Source: an uncultured Clostridia bacterium (GTDB taxonomy: Bacteria > Bacillota > Clostridia > TANB77 > CAG-465). From it: a stretch of 56,994 nucleotides of DNA. The notes under the pieces were generated by a model. That model did no database searches, was not told where the DNA came from, and worked only from the letters and a program-made list of their open reading frames with translations. The stretch is from positions 1-56,994 of the forward strand of contig CALXBV010000083.1 of assembly GCA_944386635.1 (NCBI GenBank). Direction: 5' to 3'. The first letter of the stretch is position 1. The number at the start of each line of letters is the position of its first letter. Both the position numbers and the translations under genes were made by a program. This document shows, one piece after another, positions 42,801 to 50,351 of the stretch.

Positions 42801-43270
42801 CAGTAGAGCAAATAACAGTAACATATGTATACAAAAAAGTAGAAGGAAGCATAGATATAACAAAGGTAGATAAAGAAGATAATGATAAATTAATAGAAGG
42901 AGCAACATTTAGAATAGAAAAATTAGACGATAATGGAGAAGTGGATGAGACATTTTCATATGTAGAAAAAACAACAGGAGAAGATGGAAAAGTAATGTTT
43001 TCTGGATTAGAAGTAGGAAAATATAGAGTAACAGAGACAAAAGCACCACAAGGATATGAGCTTACAAAGGAAAGTATAGAAGTAGAAATAACAAAAGAAA
43101 ATAGAGATATAAAGCTTATAGCAGAAAATGAATTAAAGCTAGTACTTCCAGAGACTGGTGGCATAAATAATACAATAGTATTTGTAATAGTTGGAATCTC
43201 ATTAATGTGTATAACTTTTATTATAATTAAATCTGAAAAAATAAAGAAATATTATATAAGACACAAATAG
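36818..43270 (+). CDS. 2150-aa LPXTG surface adhesin / probable tip pilin
   Basis: N-terminal hydrophobic segment; GLUG-like GGF.G repeats; six CnaB-type repeats; two InlB-B-repeat-like modules; MucBP-like domain; SpaA-like domain with E-box YRVTETKAPQGY; LPETG + TM + basic tail. Confidence 0.9.
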   Translation: MKIDLSVLKSNKKNIALVLMILIFAVFIINRNDIIYNFNNLDNENAMQTNYDTITDFTKARWTEIQSNVFGEGVASSVTDTKLSTASVIDGNEYFNWTDTSTFNIIPWNGTANRLDGVAITDADFYNEDGVLPTEEYHYSTEVDGGYIDTKDVTYYVYNVDTAEKLFYVISQKCRNNTNNIKINLTNDIDMGGKDGRVLSKYNLSNSSYIVYIEGNGHTIYNLNTTSGLFNTVSSGLVTKNLNFKSTKIVGTGACGIMGTISSTNRGLLLENVNIDEAFIQTSSGNTAVLTGTVYASNAYIKDCSVKNAYTRGAGHIGGFVSISCSGLDSAVKYDATIPDQPEATFGNTATTAGSNARYPIIIENSYSIDSEIFSTSGHSGGFMSCDGGGIIVRNCFTNNSMYGESQTGGFIGSQISCKENEGSSHGNQTDDAGVSNISAYFENCYSSGVVEGKREIGGFVGNDAQINRGETGGAAIYKNCYSTTMTGMDYSGTYVGGFVGIANNITPDITIDGYGTFTGSLYINCYAAGEVGNIDTQTDIDIAKNNKIGGFMGGYNSNTLSISNIYNCFYDKQTTAMREVAVGMQGNGTDTCQLNGVTGVYTEESQVKGVQGLTNIDMQDGSAWVYKEGYYPQLRVFADNAIDNFSNSELVQSYSTASTATVFLDHWDNLMTEDGQIQSGKDAKEIYDTIRDITSTFEFTSNANSNSSGYDITWQVDSETNATKGYVEELKIIEEDGTEKTVPVLSIQNPVKNREEGSNFGLEAQDIYKCYDFAPGKSWVKVTVENTIGNNVLGTRKLRLLPTAYIDAGEYAEITLVTDNSDEGRVIENNIEINGEMIKDDTYKHAQDTMYVITDSENLGDNKIIYPGQIVTKDENVINLFALWNRYPEDENTSGVTDKRFDEMYDQALIGNSKDTGLAKVEIYSLGITYREIEDGVEVPVINYDEKERITADALNDAKWRGEELFDVDDAGWYELKYYWRLNDGRYLTDSKIVVIKGNEVSATLNNNIIKGQQDYENGVLQITPDIKQDTENIADLNTSYIKVEEDKRGVKTTINSNGTVQKVIKIREFVDDQLVAGWRNDERYEIKELKVEVSRDGAAWVTLPLDLNNTDEAEYTYLDQNWQVKQYTDTKEYYIDPTGYPIEITLIANHIRNEDNDYIIFNFLIDNRESSDLVTNSNIRVTATFVPIEEITVQKEWIDDNNVLGIRPTEVKLNLIGSDGNVYKNNVSQSSEWKATIKVPQYDINENEIIYTVDEESVPEQYEKIIDNENKKVTNRLIKYNITTQIDGVGGTISGQDETLYEEVVYGGTNQKPIVITPQYGYEITSIKINGVEQELPEYSKRDEPYTLESFVNILEDKNIVVTFRENKENIQVTKIWNDNSNENQRRPEKLKVVLKNNNVVEYEKEVDVSSEDSQIILFEDVEKYDKQGNEILYIVDEEEVNAGDLDFYTKQINGYEITNTFTVPEDKTSVTVTKNWVDSNNLANKRPTSIIVELRNEKNEVVGSQTLSGSNGWTYTFDNLQKYNNSGNEIKYTIDEREVNQGDLYFYSKSINNDTYTIINTFTVPDEKISITANKVWQDNNNAARKRPTSVLLQIKNGDEVVQSKTVTSSTNWSCEFTDLSKYDSLGNEIKYTIDEQEVNTDDLKFYEKQIDNNTYTITNIFRVPDEITSITITKIWEDNNNLAQKRPESIEIGVKNGNEVVKTQEVTGNSNVWITQIDGLPKYDEKGDTVRYTIDEKQVDFYEKQVNGYTITNTFNVPEDKVNMQVTKIWEDSSKENGVRPERITLIIKEGENEIKREEVEVTDVDEQVYLIEGLDKYDELGNHIEYTVDEEVVEGYEKAIEGNTITNSIKKYKITTEVVGEGGTISGQNDSPYEEVTYGGESKKEIVITPEEGYKISKIRINGEEIEFIPSGEEFVLENFVNVREDKNIEVEFEREETSVLVKHLDEEGNDLVKPETIPGKVGDEYTTQAKDFEEYEVKEVIGEETGEMTVEQITVTYVYKKVEGSIDITKVDKEDNDKLIEGATFRIEKLDDNGEVDETFSYVEKTTGEDGKVMFSGLEVGKYRVTETKAPQGYELTKESIEVEITKENRDIKLIAENELKLVLPETGGINNTIVFVIVGISLMCITFIIIKSEKIKKYYIRHK
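40388..42640 (+). repeat. Intragenic degenerate repeats: six CnaB-type units (starts near 40388, 40928, 41228, 41531, 41831, 42113) and two GGTISGQ modules (near 40660 and 42385)
   Basis: Recurrent .VTK.W.D..N...RP..I and Y....N.I.YT.DE..V; GGTISGQ....YEEV.YGG twice. Confidence 0.85.
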
Positions 43271-43304
43271 TGTCTTATATAATATCAGTTATTTATTATA
43301 ATTA

Positions 43305-43334
43305 TTGAAAATTTTTGTAGATTTATGATATATT
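43305..43334 (+). promoter_or_regulatory. Probable promoter of pilin 2 (duplicated at 56597)
   Basis: TTGAAA-18 bp-TATATT with extended TG. Confidence 0.55.
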
Positions 43335-43363
43335 GATAATGATATATATAGGAGGAAAAATAT

Positions 43364-45271
43364 ATGAAAAACAAAATAAAAAAATATAGTCTGCTTTTAG
43401 TTGCTATAGTTATGGTATTAGTATCATGTATAGCAGTAAAAGTAAACGCAGCTGATCCAACAACAGGATCAATTACAATAATTGTACATGAGCAGCGAAA
43501 TGAAGATACAACAACAAATCCACCACTATCTGGTATAGAATATACTGTATATAAGGTTGACGAAACATGTAATTCCAAATATGAGGCTGAAAATTACATA
43601 GAAGAGAATTCTGTGGAAGGAATATCTAAAACAACAGGAGAAGATGGAACTGTAATTTTTGAAAATTTGGAATTAGGTAGATATTATGTAAGCGTTACAA
43701 GTTTACCAGATGGAGCTTTACAAATTGATGAATTTTTAGTAGATATACCAATGACAAATGCTGAGGGTACAGGATGGGACTATGATATAACAGTAGAACC
43801 TAAGGTTAAAACTGCATATGGAAATTTAGAATTAACAAAAAAAGATATATCAGGTAATCCTATTGAGGGAGTTACATTTAAATTACAAGCATATAGAAAT
43901 ACAATTATGGCTATGAGTGTTGAAGATATGGAAGAAAAAGAATGGGTAGATTATATACCAGAAGGTAGCGATACACCATTAACAGTAACAACAGATGAAA
44001 ATGGCAAAATTTATATAAATAATTTACCTTCAAGTTCAAAGTATGTTGATGAGGATATTAGTTATGAGGTAAAATATAGACTAATAGAAATATCAGCTCC
44101 AGATGGATACATTATAAATAATTATGCATTAAAGCCAATAGAATTTTTTGTAGAGTATGATGGTAGTATTAGTTTTAGTTATTCTGAATTTCTTGATTTA
44201 AGAGTTTTTCCAGAACCTGATTATGATGAGGAAAATAATATAACAAAGATTACATATATAAATGAGAAACCAGAAATAGTAAAAAAAGTAAAAAATAGTA
44301 ATGGAGAACTTGTAGATAGTATAGGTGCAAATGCAACAGATAGATTAACATTTAAAATAACAGCAGATGTACCAATACAAATATATGATATGGCAACGTA
44401 TAAAATAACAGATGAGCTACCAGATGGAATAATATTAGATAGAGATAGTATAAAAGTTGAGGGAACAACAGAAGATGGATCTGAAATAATATCAGAAGAT
44501 ATGTATACTTTATCACAAGATGGACTAGAATTAACATTTGATACATCTAAAATGTATGATGTAATATCTTATAGTGATGGATATTTTACTTATGTAGATG
44601 ATATAGTTTCAAAATATGAAAATATAATAATAACATATGAAGCAACAATAGATAAAGATAATGTAGTAATAGGTGGAGATGGAAATATAAACACAGCAAC
44701 ATTAGAATATACTAATAATATGGATGTGGAATATGATGAGTATGGAAATCCTGAATCTCCTTTAGAAATTAGTACAACAACAGTTTCAGATACTGCAGAG
44801 GTACATACAGGAGCAGTAGCAATAGAAAAGGTTGAAAGAGGAAATGTATCAGCAAAACTTGCGGGAGCAAAATTTAAAATAGCTACTACAAGAGAAAATG
44901 CAGAAAATGGAGTATTTATACAAGATGAAACAGGAGCAGAAATAGAGGTAATAACAAATGATCAAGGGCAAGCAATAATAGAAGGATTAAAATATGAAGA
45001 TGATGGAAGTAATACATCATACTGGTTAGTAGAAACACAAGCACCAAGTTATGAGGAAGATGGTGAAACTAAATATTATAATTTACTAAAAAATTCAGTA
45101 GAAGTACAAGTTGGAAAAACAACACATGAAACTCCGGTACAAATACAAAACTCAAAAGGATTTGATTTACCAGCAACTGGTGGAATAGGTCTTGCATTAT
45201 TTACAGTAGCAGGTATAACATTTATGGCTGTTGCAGTAGTATTAAATAAAAAACAAAAAGTACAAGAATAA
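43364..45271 (+). CDS. Sortase-anchored backbone pilin 2
   Basis: Signal peptide, WDYDITVEPK, LIEISAPDGY, YWLVETQAPSY, LPATG + TM + basic tail; paralogue of pilin 1. Confidence 0.9.
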   Translation: MKNKIKKYSLLLVAIVMVLVSCIAVKVNAADPTTGSITIIVHEQRNEDTTTNPPLSGIEYTVYKVDETCNSKYEAENYIEENSVEGISKTTGEDGTVIFENLELGRYYVSVTSLPDGALQIDEFLVDIPMTNAEGTGWDYDITVEPKVKTAYGNLELTKKDISGNPIEGVTFKLQAYRNTIMAMSVEDMEEKEWVDYIPEGSDTPLTVTTDENGKIYINNLPSSSKYVDEDISYEVKYRLIEISAPDGYIINNYALKPIEFFVEYDGSISFSYSEFLDLRVFPEPDYDEENNITKITYINEKPEIVKKVKNSNGELVDSIGANATDRLTFKITADVPIQIYDMATYKITDELPDGIILDRDSIKVEGTTEDGSEIISEDMYTLSQDGLELTFDTSKMYDVISYSDGYFTYVDDIVSKYENIIITYEATIDKDNVVIGGDGNINTATLEYTNNMDVEYDEYGNPESPLEISTTTVSDTAEVHTGAVAIEKVERGNVSAKLAGAKFKIATTRENAENGVFIQDETGAEIEVITNDQGQAIIEGLKYEDDGSNTSYWLVETQAPSYEEDGETKYYNLLKNSVEVQVGKTTHETPVQIQNSKGFDLPATGGIGLALFTVAGITFMAVAVVLNKKQKVQE

Positions 45272-45290
45272 TATAATATATTATGGATTT

Positions 45291-45324
45291 GAAAAGGCTT
45301 GATTAATTCAAGCTTTTTCTTTTT
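45291..45324 (+). terminator. Terminator closing the pilus locus
   Basis: gaaaaggcttga...tcaagctttttc followed by a T tract. Confidence 0.75.
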
Positions 45325-45402
45325 GTATAACTATAAAATAATATAATGTCGAAAAAATTTATATAGATAACTTTTTATGATATAATACTGTTGGTGATAG
45401 TA

Positions 45403-46824
45403 ATGAATGTAGACGAAAAATATGAAAAATTAATAAGCTTTTTTAAAGAATTATCTAAAGTACCTAGGAATTCTAAAAAAGAACAGAAAATAGCAGATTT
45501 TTTGTGTAATTTTGCAATAGAGAGAAATCTTTGGTATAGAAAAGATGAGTTTAATAATGTGCTAATAAAAAGAGAAGCAAGTGCTGGATATGAAGATAGA
45601 AAAGTAATTATGTTTCAGGCTCATACAGATATGGTATGTGAGAAAACAAAAGAAAGCACACATGACTTTGATAAAGATCCAATTGAAATAATTGAAGATG
45701 GAGATATATTAAGAGCCAAAGATACCACTCTTGGCGGAGATGACGGAATAGGTGTTGCATATCTTATGCTACTTTTAGATGATAATGATATTAAATTACC
45801 TGCAATAGAGTGTTTATTTACAACTCAAGAAGAAATTGGAATGAATGGTGCAAGAGCTTTTGATTATAGTGATATAAAAGCATCATATTTAATAAATTTA
45901 GATGGAGAAGAAGAAAATACTGCAATAGTAGGATGTGCAGGAGGAGTAAGTATAACTTATTCTAAAAAAGTTGAAGTAAAAAAGTGTAAAGATAAAGTAT
46001 ATAGAATAGAAGTAAATGGACTTTATGGCGGACACTCTGGTGTAGATATAGATAAAGGAAGAATGAATTCAAACTATTTATTGGCTAAATTATTATCTAA
46101 AATATCAGATATAAAAATAATATCTTTTAATGGTGGAAGCAAAGATAATGCAATAGCTAATAGAAGTGAAATTAATTTTAGCAGTAATATGAATAATATT
46201 GAAAAAATAGTTAATGAAGAATTATCTGTTGTTAATTTTGTAGACGAAGATAAGAATGTAAATGTTAGAGTATCATTGTTAGATAATTTGGAACATAACT
46301 GTATTAGCAATGATGAGAGTATTAAATTTTTATATTTAATTAGTAATTTAAAGCAAAATGTTATAGAATATAGTAGTGATATAAAAGGACTTGTTGAGAC
46401 ATCTGGAAATATAGGAATAGCTAAAATAGAAAATGAAAATATTTTTATAGCAGAGTCTTTAAGATCAAGTATAGATTCTAAAAAAGAGAAAATAAAAAAG
46501 TATAACAATAAGTTAGCAAAAGATAATGGCTATGAAGTAAAAGATGAAGGAGAGTATCCAGGTTGGAAATATAATCCTAATTCAGAGCTTGAAAAATTAT
46601 ATGTTCAAGCATATAAAAAATATCACGATGGAAAATCACCAATAGTATGTGCTATACATGCTGGAGTTGAATGCGGGATGATATATGAAAAGCTTCCATA
46701 CTTAGATATGATATCATTAGGACCAGATGTAAAGGATGTTCATACAGTAAAAGAAAAATTATATCTTTCATCTTGTAAAACTTTGCTTAAAACTTTAATT
46801 GAAATTATACACAATTTACACTAA
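45403..46824 (+). CDS. pepD: Aminoacyl-histidine dipeptidase (M20C)
   Basis: VPRNS, FQAHTDMVCEK, TTLGGDDGIG, QEEIGM, NLDGEE, GGHSGVDI, IHAGVECG, HTVKE. Confidence 0.92.
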   Translation: MNVDEKYEKLISFFKELSKVPRNSKKEQKIADFLCNFAIERNLWYRKDEFNNVLIKREASAGYEDRKVIMFQAHTDMVCEKTKESTHDFDKDPIEIIEDGDILRAKDTTLGGDDGIGVAYLMLLLDDNDIKLPAIECLFTTQEEIGMNGARAFDYSDIKASYLINLDGEEENTAIVGCAGGVSITYSKKVEVKKCKDKVYRIEVNGLYGGHSGVDIDKGRMNSNYLLAKLLSKISDIKIISFNGGSKDNAIANRSEINFSSNMNNIEKIVNEELSVVNFVDEDKNVNVRVSLLDNLEHNCISNDESIKFLYLISNLKQNVIEYSSDIKGLVETSGNIGIAKIENENIFIAESLRSSIDSKKEKIKKYNNKLAKDNGYEVKDEGEYPGWKYNPNSELEKLYVQAYKKYHDGKSPIVCAIHAGVECGMIYEKLPYLDMISLGPDVKDVHTVKEKLYLSSCKTLLKTLIEIIHNLH

Positions 46825-46853
46825 AAATATGCACAATTAAGTGCATATTTTTT
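46823..46853 (+). terminator. Terminator after pepD
   Basis: aaaaatatgcac...gtgcatattttt. Confidence 0.75.
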
Positions 46854-46907
46854 CTTTATTTTTTCTTATTTGTATAGTATAATAATGTCGATATGAGGTG
46901 AGTGTAA

Positions 46908-47330
46908 ATGATAATAGAAAAACTAAAAAGACAAGATTTGAGTGGGTATAAAGCATTAATAGATGATGCGTTTGATGGAAGTGAATCAATTCAAAGCTAT
47001 TTAAAATATGATGAGAATAATCCATCATATGAGATTATAGTTGCTAAAGATGGAGATGAAGTGGTAGGTAGTGCTACAATGTATAAAATAGATTTGTTTA
47101 CTTTTTCTTTTCAACCTACTATTGAATTATTTAATGTTGCGGTAAGAAGTGATTATAGAAGAAAGAAAATTGGTAAGATGATAATGAAATATGTAATTAA
47201 ATATGCTAAAGAAAATGGATATAAGAATATTCATCTTACATGTTTAGAGTCTGAAAAAGATGTTCATAAATTTTATGAAAGTATTGGATTTAAAAAGGCA
47301 GATAGTAGAAAATATAATTTGAGTATATAG
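46908..47330 (+). CDS. GNAT-family N-acetyltransferase
   Basis: VAVRSDYRRKKIGK acetyl-CoA motif A, FYESIGF. Confidence 0.88.
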   Translation: MIIEKLKRQDLSGYKALIDDAFDGSESIQSYLKYDENNPSYEIIVAKDGDEVVGSATMYKIDLFTFSFQPTIELFNVAVRSDYRRKKIGKMIMKYVIKYAKENGYKNIHLTCLESEKDVHKFYESIGFKKADSRKYNLSI

Positions 47331-47338
47331 GAGATAAA

Positions 47339-48901
47339 ATGTATAGATTAAGTGACATAAAAATAAGAGAAGGTTTATCTGAAGAAGAAATTATAAATGT
47401 TGCATTAAAAAAATATAAAATAAATAAAAATGAAATAAAAGAGGCATATATAAATAAAAAATCTATTGATGCTAGAAATAAAAAAGATATCTTTTTTAAT
47501 TATTCAATAAATATTAAATTAAAAAAAGAAAGAAAAATAAAGGGAGCTATATTTGTAAATGAAGATGTGATTCCTAAAATTGAAGTAAATAGAAAAAGTA
47601 AATATAAGCCTATAATTGTTGGTGCAGGACCTGCTGGATTATTTGCAGCTTTAACATTGGTGGATAATGGAATAGCACCCATAATTATAGAGCAGGGCTC
47701 AAAAGTAGAAAAAAGAGTAGAAGATGTAGAAACCTTTACTCAAAAAGGAATTCTTAATACATTTTCTAATATACAATTTGGAGAGGGCGGAGCTGGAACT
47801 TTTTCTGATGGAAAATTAAATACTGGAAATAGTTCTATCTTCTCTAGAAAAGTTTTAGGAGAATTTGTGAAATTTGGTGCTCCAAAAGAAATATTATATA
47901 ATGCTAAACCTCATCTTGGAACAGATAATTTGGTAAAAATAGTAAGAAATATAAGGAAATATATAATATCAAAGGGTGGAGAGTTTCAATTTGATACAAA
48001 AGTTGAAGACTTTGTTATTAAAGAAAATAAAATTGTATCTATTTGTACAGGTAAAAATATAATTGAGACTGATACAGTGATACTTGCAATAGGACATAGT
48101 GCAAGAGATACATTTAAAAAGCTCTTGGAAAGACAAGTAAATATTATTCCTAAAAGTTTTGCTGTAGGTGTTAGGATAGAACATTTACAAAGTAAAATAA
48201 ATACAGCGCAGTATGGAGAAAATCCAAAACTTAAACTTCCTCCTGCAGATTATAAATTAGTGTATCATGCTAAAAATGGAAGAGTATGCTATACGTTTTG
48301 TATGTGCCCTGGAGGACAAGTAATGGCATCATCTTCACAGAAAGAAACAATTGTAACTAATGGTATGAGTAACTTTAAAAGAGATGGCAAAAATGCAAAT
48401 AGTGCTTTACTTGTAAACATTACACCAGATGATTGTAAATATGATACACCTCTTAAAGGAATGTATTTTCAAGAAGATTTAGAGAAAAAAGCTTTTGTAA
48501 TGGGTGGAAAAAATTATTTTGCTCCAGTACAAAGAGTGGAAGACTATTTAAAAAATGAAAAAAGTATAAAAATTGGTGATGTTATACCTACATATATGCC
48601 GGGTTATACATTATCTAATATAAATGAATTATTTCCAGAATATATAAATGAGACTTTAAAAGAAGCTTTGGTAGAGTTAAATAAAAAACTACAAGGATTT
48701 TTGGATGGAGACGCTATACTTACAGCTGTTGAAACGAGAACTTCTTCGCCTGTTCAAATATTAAGAGATAAAGATACATTGGTATCTAATATTAATGGAT
48801 TGTATCCATGTGGTGAAGGTGCTGGATATGCTGGTGGGATAATGACATCAGCTATAGATGGTATAAAGGTTGCAATAGAAATATTAAAAAAGAGTAAATA
48901 A
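47339..48901 (+). CDS. Uncharacterised FAD-dependent oxidoreductase
   Basis: IIVGAGPAGLFAA, FGEGGAGTFSDGKL, AIGHSARD, FCMCPGG, ETRTSSP, GEGAGYAGGIMTSAIDG. Confidence 0.88.
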   Translation: MYRLSDIKIREGLSEEEIINVALKKYKINKNEIKEAYINKKSIDARNKKDIFFNYSINIKLKKERKIKGAIFVNEDVIPKIEVNRKSKYKPIIVGAGPAGLFAALTLVDNGIAPIIIEQGSKVEKRVEDVETFTQKGILNTFSNIQFGEGGAGTFSDGKLNTGNSSIFSRKVLGEFVKFGAPKEILYNAKPHLGTDNLVKIVRNIRKYIISKGGEFQFDTKVEDFVIKENKIVSICTGKNIIETDTVILAIGHSARDTFKKLLERQVNIIPKSFAVGVRIEHLQSKINTAQYGENPKLKLPPADYKLVYHAKNGRVCYTFCMCPGGQVMASSSQKETIVTNGMSNFKRDGKNANSALLVNITPDDCKYDTPLKGMYFQEDLEKKAFVMGGKNYFAPVQRVEDYLKNEKSIKIGDVIPTYMPGYTLSNINELFPEYINETLKEALVELNKKLQGFLDGDAILTAVETRTSSPVQILRDKDTLVSNINGLYPCGEGAGYAGGIMTSAIDGIKVAIEILKKSK

Positions 48902-48913
48902 GAGTGGTGATAT

Positions 48914-50263
48914 ATGATGTCTCGAAAAAATATAACTAATTTAATTAAGGTTATGGTAGTAGTTATTATTATGATGTTACTTATGTTTGTATATAGTTTT
49001 ACATTAAATCTTGAAGATAATACACAAGAAATAGAAAATAAATTGGATAGCGTTTTTGAAAATGTAGAGCCTAATATGGCATATGTAGAACTGTATACAA
49101 TATATGGTAATCATTTAAATACTAATGGCTATATACTAAAAGAAAATATACCTGATATGACAGTAAGTGATATAGATTTAATATTAAAAGAAGATGATGG
49201 ACAAGTATACGAATATGATTTACAATATACAGATCAAGAAGATAGATATGAATTCCTATTATCGGATAATATTAATGAGGGAATAGATCTTAACAATATA
49301 ATTAATGGGGATTATATTGTTTTTGTAAGAGTAGAAGAGATACAACAAGAAAATACTGTTGAAAAATATTTTTCTATTGACAACTTGAGTGAGTATACAC
49401 AAAATGAGTATTATACTTTAACAGATAATAATACAAATTATAAAATAAATATTGGATTTAACACATATACTAAAGATGATTATAATATAGATTATATGGG
49501 GATTACATCACAATATTGTGTACTTCCACAAAGCGTTGTAGATATAGTAATAGATCCTGGGCATGGTGGAAGGGACTGTGGTGCTATATATGAAAATTAT
49601 GAAGAGGCGGATTTTACTCTTGAATATTCACAAGCTTTAAAAGAAAAACTAGAATCATTGGGATTTAAAGTTGCACTCACAAGAGATAAAGATGTATATA
49701 CAGAATCTTATGGAGAAAATGGACGAGCTGTTATACCATATTCAACTAAAGCAAAACTTGTATTATCTATACATTTAAATAGTACAGCTACACTTCCAGT
49801 AGCAGGTGGTGTTGAAATATATGCACCTAATAACGCTAATTTAACATTTGCAAAATCATTAGCAGATAATATTGTAAATTATGTTCCAACTAGATATTCT
49901 TCAAATGGAGAAAATAGAGTAATGGATGGAGTATATGTAAGAACATATACACAAGAAGATATAGAGGATGCAAGAGAATATGCACAATATATGGGATATG
50001 ATATGTATGAAAATATAACTACACAAACGCCATATCTTTTTATGATAAGAGAAACAGGTGGAATAATGACAGGAGCTTATGTTGACGGTAGAAACACTAG
50101 TATGGAAGAAAATCCGTATTATAACAGTAATATGTCAGCAGAAGCATATTTAATAGAGCTTGGGTTTATAAATTCAGATGATGATTTAAATACTTTAATT
50201 AATAATAAAGATGCATATATAAATGCTATAGTAGATAGTATAGTTAATAATTATGGATTATAG
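48914..50263 (+). CDS. Membrane-anchored N-acetylmuramoyl-L-alanine amidase (Amidase_3) with an extra N-terminal domain
   Basis: N-terminal TM; IVIDPGHGG, LTRDKD, LSIHLN, GVEIY, LIELGFI. Confidence 0.88.
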   Translation: MMSRKNITNLIKVMVVVIIMMLLMFVYSFTLNLEDNTQEIENKLDSVFENVEPNMAYVELYTIYGNHLNTNGYILKENIPDMTVSDIDLILKEDDGQVYEYDLQYTDQEDRYEFLLSDNINEGIDLNNIINGDYIVFVRVEEIQQENTVEKYFSIDNLSEYTQNEYYTLTDNNTNYKINIGFNTYTKDDYNIDYMGITSQYCVLPQSVVDIVIDPGHGGRDCGAIYENYEEADFTLEYSQALKEKLESLGFKVALTRDKDVYTESYGENGRAVIPYSTKAKLVLSIHLNSTATLPVAGGVEIYAPNNANLTFAKSLADNIVNYVPTRYSSNGENRVMDGVYVRTYTQEDIEDAREYAQYMGYDMYENITTQTPYLFMIRETGGIMTGAYVDGRNTSMEENPYYNSNMSAEAYLIELGFINSDDDLNTLINNKDAYINAIVDSIVNNYGL

Positions 50264-50290
50264 TAATAAAAATATTGTTGTAAAATACAG

Positions 50291-50319
50291 TTGCATTGTA
50301 TAAAATACAATGATATAAT
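50291..50319 (+). promoter_or_regulatory. SigA promoter of the nrdD operon with an overlapping palindromic site
   Basis: TTGCAT-17 bp-TATAAT with extended TG; CATTGTAT-AAA-ATACAATG at 50294-50312. Confidence 0.65.
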
Positions 50320-50351
50320 TTCAAATAATTAGTAGTAGGGGTGAAATATTC

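Noticed and set aside
38507-43164. Long minus-strand Leu/Tyr/His-rich ORFs, e.g. 39165-40214, 42093-42524, 42433-43164
   Set aside because: They are antisense shadows of the A-rich adhesin codons, with no RBS or protein-like composition.
50264-50351. NrdR boxes upstream of nrdD
   Set aside because: No convincing match to acaCwAtATaTwGtg.
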